Positions 1 to 9,486 of a DNA stretch of 64,000 nucleotides are shown here, one piece after another. Position 1 is the stretch's first letter; every line of letters begins with the position of its first letter. The notes beneath the pieces are model-generated. The model was not told the DNA's origin and searched no databases. It saw nothing but the letters and a program-made list of their open reading frames with translations. A program made the translations under genes and the position numbers. Source of the DNA: a virus (lineage: Duplodnaviria > Heunggongvirae > Uroviricota > Caudoviricetes). Location of the stretch: positions 253,946 to 317,945 of IMG/VR virus record IMGVR_UViG_3300028898_000252; one strand, written 5' to 3'.

Positions 1-651
1 TTTACACGAATTTAGTTCGTATTTTTTTGGGAAATTAAGATCTCTTTGAAGTTTATTCGCATAAAATTTTGACCAATATCTAATTTTTTTTATTCTTTCT
101 GGTTTATTTGCTGCAATTTTTAATTGTTCTATACCTCCATTAGTTAACCATTTTTTATAAGATTCTACTCTTCTTTTTTTCACTTCAGGATTTTGAGTAG
201 CCTTATAAACTTTTAATTTATATTCTTCATTTTGATATAATTTTTTCTTAATTTTAGACTGAAGTTCATGGTTATAAGACTTTTTTAGAGTGCTTCTGTA
301 TTCTTCTGAATTTATAACTTTTTTATGATTAAAAATCATTTTCTCTTCAATTTTTTTAAAATACTCAACACAAAAAGAAATCTCTTCAGTTGAAATTAAT
401 CTATTGTTTAAAAACCATTTATAGGCATTTTTTTTATTAAAAAAATATTTATAAAACTTGTAAAGTTTTTCAGCTATTTGTAAATTTTCGAAATATAAAC
501 AAAAATATCTTATAGAAGATGTCGAAATCGGCATTTCCCCATCTTTATAATTTTGCTTACAAATTTTAAACTCTTCTTTTAGTTTAATTTCAAAAATTGG
601 TTTATTTTTCTTAATTGTAAATTTGAAATTAAAATAATCTTTTTCATCCAT
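1..651 (-). CDS. Lys-rich ORF lying directly after the RecA N-intein, probable free-standing homing endonuclease (partial, runs off the window)
   Basis: Open frame from ATG at 651 (MDEKDYFNFKF...KKYELNSCK) to base 1 with no stop. It overlaps the recA stop codon. It is basic and helical-looking; no catalytic motif is visible inside the window. Confidence 0.5.
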   Translation of the reverse strand, partial: MDEKDYFNFKFTIKKNKPIFEIKLKEEFKICKQNYKDGEMPISTSSIRYFCLYFENLQIAEKLYKFYKYFFNKKNAYKWFLNNRLISTEEISFCVEYFKKIEEKMIFNHKKVINSEEYRSTLKKSYNHELQSKIKKKLYQNEEYKLKVYKATQNPEVKKRRVESYKKWLTNGGIEQLKIAANKPERIKKIRYWSKFYANKLQRDLNFPKKYELNSCK

Positions 652-1429
652 TTGACATTTTTGTTCTTATTTTAATTTTTGTGTCTGGTGAAACACAAGC
701 ATCTCCATGTAAGATACCAATTTTTTGTCTTGTCTGATTAACAAGTAAGAGTGTGACTCTTTTATCTTTCAAGATCTGATTAACTTTCATAATACCTTTG
801 CTAAGAGCTCTAGCTTTGATTCCAATTTGTTGTTGTTCGTAGGTTGCCTCTAACTCGGTTCTAGAAACTGAAGCCGCTACTGAGTCCCACACGATGATTA
901 CTGGCAGATTGTTATCTTGATTTTTAACAGAGGTGATTATTTGTTCTATTAATTGAAATGTATCTTCGATACATTGTTCTTGGACGAAAATTAATTCGTC
1001 GGTATTGACTCCAAGCATCGCAAGATTCTCCACAGATGTTGCATTTTCAGAGTCAATATAAACTGCTATTGCCCCATTTTTTTGAGCCTGCGCGCATATT
1101 GTTTGCGCAAGAGTTGATTTCCCAGAAGAAGGTTCTCCAAAAACTTCAATTATTCTTCCTTCTGGAATTCCTCCATTTCTTTTATTTGAAATAATATAGT
1201 CTAATTTTATTGCTGATGTTGAGAACCAATTTTTTACATTAGTTGGTGCATCGTCATCTGTTTTAAGATTATAAGCAATCTTTTCTCCGCGGGTTTTGTT
1301 TATTTCTTTAGTGATTCCAGAAATAATTGCCATTCTTTTGGAAGAGGCTTGCTCTTGAGGCTCTAGTAAATTTGTGGTTTTGGGAGTAAGCGATACTTCT
1401 TGTTTGTTGCCTTTTTTAATGTTTGCCAT
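644..1429 (-). CDS. recA: RecA/UvsX recombinase, N-terminal part ending in a split-intein N-fragment
   Basis: GGIPEGRIIEVFGEPSSGKST (Walker A), YIDSE, IIVWDSVAA (Walker B), NQTRQKIG; the sequence then switches to CVSPDTKIKI and stops. Confidence 0.92.
   Translation of the reverse strand: MANIKKGNKQEVSLTPKTTNLLEPQEQASSKRMAIISGITKEINKTRGEKIAYNLKTDDDAPTNVKNWFSTSAIKLDYIISNKRNGGIPEGRIIEVFGEPSSGKSTLAQTICAQAQKNGAIAVYIDSENATSVENLAMLGVNTDELIFVQEQCIEDTFQLIEQIITSVKNQDNNLPVIIVWDSVAASVSRTELEATYEQQQIGIKARALSKGIMKVNQILKDKRVTLLLVNQTRQKIGILHGDACVSPDTKIKIRTKMSNG
647..697 (-). mobile_element. 17-aa split intein N-fragment (CVSPDTKIKIRTKMSNG)
   Basis: Intein block A pattern C-V-x-x-D-T-x-I at the RecA L2 loop, followed by TGA after 17 codons. 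Confidence 0.75.
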
Positions 1430-1482
1430 TTTTCTATCTTCTATTATTGTTCCTTTGGATTATTTTACAATAGACAAAAATA

Positions 1483-1509
1483 AAGCCAAGTATTTTTAGT
1501 ACTTGGCTT
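1483..1509 (-). terminator. intrinsic terminator-like hairpin
   Basis: AAGCCAAGTA-N7-TACTTGGCTT perfect 10-bp stem, T-rich downstream on the minus strand, between the SSB and recA genes. Confidence 0.55.
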
Positions 1510-1534
1510 CAAAAAACCTTAAATAGGTTTTTGG

Positions 1535-2431
1535 TTAAGCTGATGCGTCTTTTTTAATTCCAGCTTTAGCTTTTAGTGCATTCAATTTTGCTATTGCCGC
1601 ACTTGTTGATGTGGCTGAAGTTGAAGCAGAAAATTTCTGTGTTTTTTCATCATCTGTTTCCATAACAACTCCTTCCGACAAAACTTCAGAAGAAGCTTGA
1701 GGTTCAGCAGGATTAACTTCCATGTTTTTAGCTTCGTAGAATGCATCCAATACTTTTCTTAAGTTTTCAGGAGATTTAACAAATCCTTTTTGAATTTCCA
1801 AAATTTTTGGAGCAGATTCTATAAGTTTAGTTCTTTCTTCTGGCGTTTTCGCTAGTGGCGAAGGGCTTATTCTCAATTGAAAAGAATAACCTCTTACTTG
1901 TTTTCCATTCCAAAGTTTGGGTTTTCCAGAGTTGTCTGTTTTTGGAAACACTTTGATTTCAAAGTCGTATCCATCAACAGGATCAAAAACATCTTTATCT
2001 TGATAATCTTCAGATTGTAAAGCGTTATAGATTTGATCTCTTATTTCTTTTGAAAATTCAAAAACTTGAATTCCTGCCGCTTCATTTCCTCTATCTAAAA
2101 GAAGAGAAAAATAGGTTTCATTTGCTTTTAAGTTTTTTGCAACATCCCAATTATCTCTTCGAATTGCATCATATTCTTCTTTTACAGAGTCAGGTAAACC
2201 AAACTGATATGGAGCAACAAATCGTTTATTCGCTTCGAGATTTCTATAAAATAAAATTTCATAGAAAGGTTCATCTGTAACATTATCTGTTGGTTGTATA
2301 AATCTTACTTTATACGTTTTCCCAATTTCAGGTTTCCATGTTGGATAAGCGGGTACAAATTCTTTTTTTGTGTATTGTGGTTTTGGTGTTAGTTTATCTT
2401 TGATTGCTTGTAGATATTTTGGTTGAGCCAT
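1535..2431 (-). CDS. single-stranded DNA-binding protein, gp32-like
   Basis: WKP..G..YKVRF, PFYE, GIQVFEFSK, DVFDPVDGYDFEI motifs, low-complexity tail, adjacent to recA. Confidence 0.75.
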   Translation of the reverse strand: MAQPKYLQAIKDKLTPKPQYTKKEFVPAYPTWKPEIGKTYKVRFIQPTDNVTDEPFYEILFYRNLEANKRFVAPYQFGLPDSVKEEYDAIRRDNWDVAKNLKANETYFSLLLDRGNEAAGIQVFEFSKEIRDQIYNALQSEDYQDKDVFDPVDGYDFEIKVFPKTDNSGKPKLWNGKQVRGYSFQLRISPSPLAKTPEERTKLIESAPKILEIQKGFVKSPENLRKVLDAFYEAKNMEVNPAEPQASSEVLSEGVVMETDDEKTQKFSASTSATSTSAAIAKLNALKAKAGIKKDASA

Positions 2432-2554
2432 TTTTATTTTTTTCCTTGTGTCTGTGTAATCTAGTCCTCGAATTTTTGGTCATCAATAAGTGAAAATAAT
2501 GACTGGTGTCGGACTGGTGAGACTGTGCCTATAATTAGTATTTTCGAATACTTT

Positions 2555-3583
2555 TTACTCGTTTGCGCGAGTAATTTTCGCGAAAATATTATATTTTTCA
2601 AAACTTAATTTTAGATTATTTTCCACACTAAAACTTGGTTTAGCATAAAAAAGTAAAGCATCATGAATTACAAATAATGGATTGATATGATCCATATTGT
2701 CTTTATAAAAATCACTTAATAATAAAAGTGATAAATCTGCGGCAGAACTTTGAATGTAATAATTTACAACCATATAAGGTTGAAAATTTGCCTCAACTGC
2801 TTGTTCTTTAGAAAGTAGTGGTTTTCCAAAAAGATTGTACAGCTGTCCTTGCTCATATAAAGCATTCAATAATTCATTTTTAAAATTTAAAAACTTTTCA
2901 TTTAAAAGAAAATTTTCTAGTAATTCACTTTCAGCGTGGTTAATCTCTTTGATGTGATCAATATTTGAACCATAAAGAATTTTTAATACCGCTGATTTTA
3001 TATCACTTCTTTCTATAAATTTCAATCCTAATTTAGTTTTTATTGAAAAATAAAGGTCCTGATAGTTTAATTCATCATATCCTAAAATTTGAAAAAGCAG
3101 CGAAGGTTCTAGCGCCGAAAAGTCTATCATGTAGAGATTTTTATCTTTAAAAATTTTTTTTCGATCATCCTTTTTTAAAGTTAAAATTTGTGGACCATTT
3201 ATTACTTTTTGCCTTCCAGTAATAGAAGTTATTCTGTCATAGGAAGCAATTTCTGTTTTTGGTAAAAATGACTCGATTATATGAAAATTTCGCTTATCAC
3301 CAGTAGTTTTATATTCTTCTAACAAATCTTTTAAATTTTCAAGATTCAGATAATCTTCTGATGATTCTAAATTATCTAATATGAAATTAGATCTTTTAAA
3401 GATCTTTTGATAATAGAAATTTGCGTTTTCGAATGTCTCAATTTTTTTTAAAATTGAGCTAATGTTTTTATTTTTTTCTAAAAAATCTTCAACCTCTAAA
3501 TCTGAATCGAGATTCAACTGGTCACAAATTGTTTGTATTTTATCTGCTATTGGGTGACGTACTATTTTTAAAAGTGTAAACAT
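2555..3583 (-). CDS. family A DNA polymerase palm-domain protein (short)
   Basis: TGR, motif A IDFSALEP, motif B K..VLKILYG, NYYIQSSAAD, motif C IHDAL. Confidence 0.75.
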   Translation of the reverse strand: MFTLLKIVRHPIADKIQTICDQLNLDSDLEVEDFLEKNKNISSILKKIETFENANFYYQKIFKRSNFILDNLESSEDYLNLENLKDLLEEYKTTGDKRNFHIIESFLPKTEIASYDRITSITGRQKVINGPQILTLKKDDRKKIFKDKNLYMIDFSALEPSLLFQILGYDELNYQDLYFSIKTKLGLKFIERSDIKSAVLKILYGSNIDHIKEINHAESELLENFLLNEKFLNFKNELLNALYEQGQLYNLFGKPLLSKEQAVEANFQPYMVVNYYIQSSAADLSLLLLSDFYKDNMDHINPLFVIHDALLFYAKPSFSVENNLKLSFEKYNIFAKITRANE

Positions 3584-4371
3584 TATTTAAGTTTTCTTGT
3601 TTCTAGAATTGATTTAAACATTTCAGCGAAAAGTTTTGGATATTTTGGAGAATAATTGGGATTACTTCCCATGTTATATAACAGACAATCATCTTCAAGA
3701 TTTGAAAATTTTAAACCAGCAAGAGCAGCTCTATACCAGAACCACATATCTTCTGTTAGAGGAAATATATCATCATACATTCCAATTTTACTTACAACAT
3801 TTCTTCGAAATAAAACAGAAGCATTTCCAATCGGATTTAATCCATTAAATAGCCAATAAAGACATTCGTCGTGATCTAAAGGTCTTCTTTCTAATAGAAT
3901 ATAATCTTTAGGTTTAGTTTGAACATTTTTATGTCTTCCTATGTATTGAGTACCTAAGATATCTATCTCTTTATTTGACTGTAAGAAAGATACTTGTTTT
4001 TGCAATTTATATTCGTCTATCCAAATATCGTCAGCATCTTGATTTGCAATAAAGTCATATTTTATTTCATTTTGGATTTCCTCATGAAAAACACATTGAA
4101 ATCCGAAATTTCTAGTTTGTGGAATTCCTTGAAATTCAATTTGATTTTTTATTAAAAAAGATTCCTTAATCTTTTCTGATTCTAAATTTTGCAAAAATTT
4201 AGAATATAATTCGATTTCGGTTCCATCTGTTGGATTATTGTAAATAATAAAAATTTTATTTGTGATATTTGGATCTAATTTTTGATAAAAAACAGATTTT
4301 ATACATTCTACTATATATTGCTTTGCATTATAAACAGGAATGATTGTTGCTATTCTGATGCTTCTATCCAT
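3583..4371 (-). CDS. glycosyltransferase family 2
   Basis: IIPVYNA, TRNFG, QDADD (DxD), EDMWFW; start placed at MDRSIR. Confidence 0.9.
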   Translation of the reverse strand: MDRSIRIATIIPVYNAKQYIVECIKSVFYQKLDPNITNKIFIIYNNPTDGTEIELYSKFLQNLESEKIKESFLIKNQIEFQGIPQTRNFGFQCVFHEEIQNEIKYDFIANQDADDIWIDEYKLQKQVSFLQSNKEIDILGTQYIGRHKNVQTKPKDYILLERRPLDHDECLYWLFNGLNPIGNASVLFRRNVVSKIGMYDDIFPLTEDMWFWYRAALAGLKFSNLEDDCLLYNMGSNPNYSPKYPKLFAEMFKSILETRKLK

Positions 4372-5366
4372 GACTTTATATAAGTTGGATGGATAACTCC
4401 TATATTTTCTGGAGTCAATCCGAAAACCGAACTCCCATCCCAGGGTTGATGAAAAATCCATCCCGCGGTTTTTTCTTCTATTTCTTGTGCGTAAGATTTT
4501 ATCATTTCTGATGTAACCTCAGAATTTTTTAAATTTGGAAACATAGGATTTGTTTTTTCTGAGTTTTCTCCATAAAGTGAAGACCACGAGTTTGCCCAAA
4601 AATTTTTATATGTTTGAAGTTTTCTTTCAATATTAAACCACGAATAATGATAAACACATGGATATTTTTCGTGGTTTATAACATATTTTTTATACAATTT
4701 CTCATATGTTTCTAAATCATCTTCATTATACAATGAGCTTTGTCTTAAATTCCAATAGAAATCTATGTTTGGCATATATTGTTGGATTGGATTTAATGTT
4801 GACGAATTAATCAAATTACAACCATCTGACCCTTGTTTAGAAAACAATAAATTATCTTTATCATACCAGCGTAATTGTTTAGGTATTCCATGAGTTATAT
4901 GGGATAGATTTTTTGTTATTCTTTCTTTTGTTGGACCTATATCAATTCTTATTTTTTTCTTGCCCCAAAATTCAATAACAGGCAAATGTAAAACTTCAAT
5001 ATTTCCTGTTGAAAATTCGAAGCATAGATCTTTCCATTTTTTTATATCTTTTTCGTGAAAAATCTCATCAATATCAAATTGAATTAATACTGTTCCAGTA
5101 CAAAGTTTTCTAGAATTAGCTTTTGCTATACCATCATTGATTCCGTGATTTTTCGATTTCCAATCAAGTTCTGAATCATGAATTACTTTAATTTTTTTAT
5201 TTGCCTTTTCTAATTCTTTTAGAAGTTTTAAAGTTCCATCATTATTTCTCGACGAATCATAAACAATTAGCTCGTCGACAATAGGAAGTACAGACTCGAT
5301 TGAAGCTTTTAATGGATATTGTCCTTCAAAGCAATCTTTTGTTGTTGTATAAGCTGATATTTTCAT
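4350..5366 (-). CDS. glycosyltransferase family 2-like
   Basis: SIESVLPIVDELIVYDS, DGT, QFDIDE (DxD), YHYSW. Confidence 0.8.
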   Translation of the reverse strand: MKISAYTTTKDCFEGQYPLKASIESVLPIVDELIVYDSSRNNDGTLKLLKELEKANKKIKVIHDSELDWKSKNHGINDGIAKANSRKLCTGTVLIQFDIDEIFHEKDIKKWKDLCFEFSTGNIEVLHLPVIEFWGKKKIRIDIGPTKERITKNLSHITHGIPKQLRWYDKDNLLFSKQGSDGCNLINSSTLNPIQQYMPNIDFYWNLRQSSLYNEDDLETYEKLYKKYVINHEKYPCVYHYSWFNIERKLQTYKNFWANSWSSLYGENSEKTNPMFPNLKNSEVTSEMIKSYAQEIEEKTAGWIFHQPWDGSSVFGLTPENIGVIHPTYIKSWIEASE

Positions 5367-5791
5367 TCTGTTACCTTTATTTTAAGAAATAAATCTTCTT
5401 TTGAGGAAAGATAATCAATAACTTCATCTGTTTTATGATGGGAAAAATAATCTATCTTTAAGTAATTTTTAAAATTTATAGTGTTTTTGTGCATATCTGC
5501 TGGGTCGCAGGCTCCAGCAACGCAGTTGATTTGTTCAATTTGTTCAATTTGTTTTTCAGATAAATACTTTACGACATAAGCAAAAAGGATTTTATCTTTA
5601 AACTGTTCTAAAAATTTTTTTGGTTCCAAAATAAACAAATCTAACGATCCAAGTATTTCTTTATTAAAAAATAAATATTCTTCTAATGGAATAGTCTTCT
5701 CTGCTAGTGTATAATATCTTAGTGTTGATAATATCAGCTTATATTCTGGTTTCATATTAGCCTTTACACCATTCTGTTCCATAGTATACAC
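5363..5791 (-). CDS. hypothetical protein
   Basis: ORF overlapping its neighbours in the operon; true start probably near 5755. Confidence 0.6.
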   Translation of the reverse strand: MYTMEQNGVKANMKPEYKLILSTLRYYTLAEKTIPLEEYLFFNKEILGSLDLFILEPKKFLEQFKDKILFAYVVKYLSEKQIEQIEQINCVAGACDPADMHKNTINFKNYLKIDYFSHHKTDEVIDYLSSKEDLFLKIKVTE

Positions 5792-6653
5792 AAAATCTAC
5801 AACTTGATCTATTTTTTGTGTAGTAATGTTTTCTTATATTAATAAAGAACTTTTTAATAAGATCTTCGGCTTCTTTTAATTGTTTTTCTTGAACTTCTAT
5901 TGGAATAAACAAACAACGGTCTTTATTTGACTTTGGTGTTTTCCTTCTTAAAACAACAAATCCACATTCTATTTGATCTAGAGGAATATTATTTTTTATA
6001 GAATAAAAATGTTTATAAAGAACAAGTTGTAAATATTTTTTTGGATCTGTAGATTTTGATTTGTCCCACCAATCTTTGGAACCTTTCCAGTCAATTATAT
6101 AATATTTGTTATTTGATTTAATAATTCCATCAACAAAACCTTTAAAAAAATAACCAGTTTCATTTTCAATAGGCTCAAACATTTCATATTCTGCGGCAAT
6201 AAATTCCCAATTAGGGAATGTTTTTTCCATAAATTCAGGAATTTGAGAAACTATTGGTTCAAGCACATCTTGCCAATTTTCTCGCTCTTCTTCAAGTTCT
6301 TCAAATTTTGAAAGTTTTGAAAATGCTTCAGTTAATTTTCTTTTCTCTTCTTCAAAATCGGGAAGTTTTTTTGTTATCAAATAATTTTCTAACATATCGT
6401 GAAGAATTTGTCCAAATTCTGTATTTTCATTAGGACCATCTAATGGAATTTGATCAATATATTTTAACCTATGTTTAAACTTACACTCATACCAGGTAAG
6501 AAGTTCGGAAAAACTGATATAGTTTTTCTTTTTTTCCATTGGAAGAGTCGAAACATTTCCTTCAAAAATTTTTTTGAGTGCAAAATCTTCCTTATTTCCG
6601 TCTTGCTCGAAATAAACAATTGGAAGGACTTTTTTCTTGTTTTCTACTGACAT
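5757..6653 (-). CDS. PD-(D/E)XK exonuclease, Cas4/AddB-like with four Cys (Fe-S)
   Basis: ISFSEL..WYEC, G.ILH, KGFVDG, IIDWK, QLVLY, CRFC..C. Confidence 0.85.
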   Translation of the reverse strand: MSVENKKKVLPIVYFEQDGNKEDFALKKIFEGNVSTLPMEKKKNYISFSELLTWYECKFKHRLKYIDQIPLDGPNENTEFGQILHDMLENYLITKKLPDFEEEKRKLTEAFSKLSKFEELEEERENWQDVLEPIVSQIPEFMEKTFPNWEFIAAEYEMFEPIENETGYFFKGFVDGIIKSNNKYYIIDWKGSKDWWDKSKSTDPKKYLQLVLYKHFYSIKNNIPLDQIECGFVVLRRKTPKSNKDRCLFIPIEVQEKQLKEAEDLIKKFFINIRKHYYTKNRSSCRFCVYYGTEWCKG

Positions 6654-6690
6654 AGGTTATGTGTAACCCATGATTACCTCCGAGGCAATG

Positions 6691-7800
6691 TCAAGAATAA
6701 ATCGAGGAGTTGTGTCTAACCCCAAACTCGACATTTGTTTGAAACTCTTTTATTGACCTTGAATTAGTATAACTCATAGCAGAACGAATCCCGCCAGCTA
6801 TGTTGGCTATAACTTCTTTAACACTTCCTTTTACTTTAACTTCAACTTCTTTGCCTTCTGGTGTTGCCATCATAATGTTTGGATCATTTAATAAATCACT
6901 TTGTAGTTTCATTGAACCAAATGACGCCATTCCCCTATATTTTACAATACCTTTATTTGGTTCAATCGTTTTAGTTAAAGATTCCAGAAATAGTGCTGTT
7001 GCATCATTGTGATCAGTTTTAAGTTTTTCTTTAAGGTAATTTATCTCTTCTAAAACTCTAACAACTGGGGGTGTTTCTTGGCACCCAGCAAAGAAACTTC
7101 CACTCATAACTAATGTCGCCCCAGCTCCTAATGCTTTTGCAAAATCTCCAATTTCTTTGCAGCCGCCGTCAGCAATTATAGGAACAAAAAGTTCTCTATT
7201 GTTACATGTATCCGCGACACACGAAAATGTTGGAGAATTTACTCCAGTTGTATTTTTTGTCGTGCAAATGCTTCCAGACCCAACCAATGTTTTTACTGCA
7301 TCTGCTCCCATTTTTTGTAAAGCAATTGCGCCTTCTGGTGTTCCAACATTTCCTAATACAATATAAATTTCTTTTCTATACGAAAGATTATTAACATAAT
7401 TCATTAATATTTCTACATGATGGCACCACGCATTAGCAATATCTACTATAAAATGGCGCGCACCAGCTTTATAAAGTTCATCAATTCTAATTTTGTAATC
7501 TTTAACACCAAGACTGCAAAAACAATAAGCTTTGGACTCTAACACAGTTTTAAATTGTTTTACATTTTCTTCAACAGACATGAATCTATGAAGAGCGGCA
7601 ATCGCGCCAGCTTCATAAGCGGCAATCGCCATTTCTTTTTCGCAAACAGTATCCATATTTGATACAATAACTGGTATTTTTATTTCCAAACCAAGAAAAT
7701 TTACTTTTGTATTAGCCTCTGTTCTTGATTTAAGAGAAGAGTATCCAGGTTTTATAAAAACATCTTGATAGTTATATTTAGGTTGATTGTCAAATCGCAT
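6691..7800 (-). CDS. IMP dehydrogenase / GMP reductase family (no CBS domains)
   Basis: SNMDTV, LHRF, GNV, GSGSICTT catalytic loop, IIADGG, KALGAGA, YRGMAS, GGIRSAMSY. Confidence 0.9.
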   Translation of the reverse strand: MRFDNQPKYNYQDVFIKPGYSSLKSRTEANTKVNFLGLEIKIPVIVSNMDTVCEKEMAIAAYEAGAIAALHRFMSVEENVKQFKTVLESKAYCFCSLGVKDYKIRIDELYKAGARHFIVDIANAWCHHVEILMNYVNNLSYRKEIYIVLGNVGTPEGAIALQKMGADAVKTLVGSGSICTTKNTTGVNSPTFSCVADTCNNRELFVPIIADGGCKEIGDFAKALGAGATLVMSGSFFAGCQETPPVVRVLEEINYLKEKLKTDHNDATALFLESLTKTIEPNKGIVKYRGMASFGSMKLQSDLLNDPNIMMATPEGKEVEVKVKGSVKEVIANIAGGIRSAMSYTNSRSIKEFQTNVEFGVRHNSSIYS

Positions 7801-7855
7801 AACGCAAATATAATAAGACGGCTGTTATCTCTGAACAATGGTCTATAGTTAATGT

Positions 7856-8242
7856 ATGAGTCTTAAAATGGAATTAACACCAGAAAACAAAGAAATAGTT
7901 CAAAGGTTTATTGAGCACTGCAAACAAGAATTAGGAATTTCTTCTAAGTTCACTGTAAGACTAATAAAAAAAGGGCTAAAAGATCCCACGGCGGGAACAT
8001 TTAACCCTTCAACAAAAGAAGTAAATGTTTGTTGCAAAAATCGTGCTATAGCAGATTGTTTAAGAACAATTGCGCATGAATTAACTCATCTCAAACAATT
8101 AGAAGAAATGGATCACGACAATGGATTTCCAACAAATGATGAAGAATTACAGCCTTTTGAAGACGAAGCAAATGTATCGAGCGGAAAATTAGTGAGATAT
8201 TGGGGCAGGAAACACAGAGAGATTTATGGAGACTTAAAGTAA
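7856..8242 (+). CDS. small zincin-like metalloprotease-domain protein
   Basis: LRTIAHELTH (HExxH) and downstream EDEAN. Confidence 0.65.
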   Translation: MSLKMELTPENKEIVQRFIEHCKQELGISSKFTVRLIKKGLKDPTAGTFNPSTKEVNVCCKNRAIADCLRTIAHELTHLKQLEEMDHDNGFPTNDEELQPFEDEANVSSGKLVRYWGRKHREIYGDLK

Positions 8243-8563
8243 GTCTAAAATAGATCTTTTCTTTTCGGCAAAAGGTAGATCTATTTCTTTTAATAGAAGA
8301 TCTGCTTGCCCTATTCCTACTATAGTTGTACTCTGACCACAGTTTTTCATTTCGTATTTAAAATATTTAAATTCAAAAGTATTAATATCGATACAAACAA
8401 TAATATTGATTAATTCTCCAAGATCAATAAATCTAATAGGATTAAAAGAAAATGGTTTTAATTTTTTTATAAAAAAATCTTCCCGAGAATAAAACATTTC
8501 CAATTCCGAAAAGTTTCCAATTACGATTACATCTTTTATATTATCTTCTACATTGTTTTTCAT
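8234..8563 (-). CDS. hypothetical protein
   Basis: ORF translationally coupled to the upstream gene. Confidence 0.55.
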   Translation of the reverse strand: MKNNVEDNIKDVIVIGNFSELEMFYSREDFFIKKLKPFSFNPIRFIDLGELINIIVCIDINTFEFKYFKYEMKNCGQSTTIVGIGQADLLLKEIDLPFAEKKRSILDLL

Positions 8564-9486
8564 TTTATATTACTCCAAAAAAACTCTGATCGCGAAGAAA
8601 GATAGTTAATCATCTCTTCTCTCGAAGAATTAAACCAGGCTTCATCTTTGTGTTGAACATTTCTGTTTAATAACAGATCAAGACCAAGAAGTTTTGCTTC
8701 AATTACTATTCTTGGACAAGTGTCTTTGTCTGATGGTCTAAAACAAAAAGTTTGATACTTTGCCATTTCAGCTAAAAATTGTTTATATGGCAATTTTGGT
8801 AAATGGACATATTCTTTTCCTTCTACATTCAAATACGCTATTGTACTCTCAATTCCTTTTATCCAGGAAGAATTATCTTTTGATAAAATTGCTATCTTTT
8901 TAAGTTTTTCTTTATTTTTTGTTTCTTGATATAAAGATTCTATAAAATCAAGTGATTCTTTATCAAAGACAGAGGAAAGAACTTCTGAATTTACTTCTTT
9001 TATTTCTGGAACCTTTGTTGTGTAGTGCTTTTTCTGTGCTTCACTCATCCAAAATATTTTTTGGGCCGCTTTAAAAAATGGAACGAGAACATTTTTTATT
9101 GCCTCATTTGTTGCACAATCGCAAGGTTTTTTTGTTTGCATTAAATGCAAGCCTTCAGATCTAAAACGACAATACTTGTAATCGAACTCAATTATATAAT
9201 ATTTGACAGCTTCTTCTACAAAAGTATCCAAACTTTCACTTGTGGCTGTCACAAAGTTTGTTATTATAAAGGTTTTATCTTTATTATTTCTTATAAGTTC
9301 AGGTGTTAATGAATTAGAATGTAATTTAAATATTTTTCTTGATCTAGGTGCTTCTTTTATTAGAGATTCTGTTGTTAATTCCGCTCCACCTTGAATTTCT
9401 TCAACAAAAAAATCGGCAACTACAACAGTATCAAACATAGATGGAATATGAAATTCCATTGGCAAATTAGTAAAAACATTTTTCAT
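8560..9486 (-). CDS. GT-B-like glycosyltransferase
   Basis: GGAELT, KG, DTCPRIVIEAKLLG, resembling the GT4 E-x7-E region. Confidence 0.7.
   Translation of the reverse strand: MKNVFTNLPMEFHIPSMFDTVVVADFFVEEIQGGAELTTESLIKEAPRSRKIFKLHSNSLTPELIRNNKDKTFIITNFVTATSESLDTFVEEAVKYYIIEFDYKYCRFRSEGLHLMQTKKPCDCATNEAIKNVLVPFFKAAQKIFWMSEAQKKHYTTKVPEIKEVNSEVLSSVFDKESLDFIESLYQETKNKEKLKKIAILSKDNSSWIKGIESTIAYLNVEGKEYVHLPKLPYKQFLAEMAKYQTFCFRPSDKDTCPRIVIEAKLLGLDLLLNRNVQHKDEAWFNSSREEMINYLSSRSEFFWSNIK

Noticed and set aside
5757-6653. CRISPR-associated cas4
   Set aside because: Solo Cas4/AddB-like nucleases are common in phage replication blocks, and there is no cas context.
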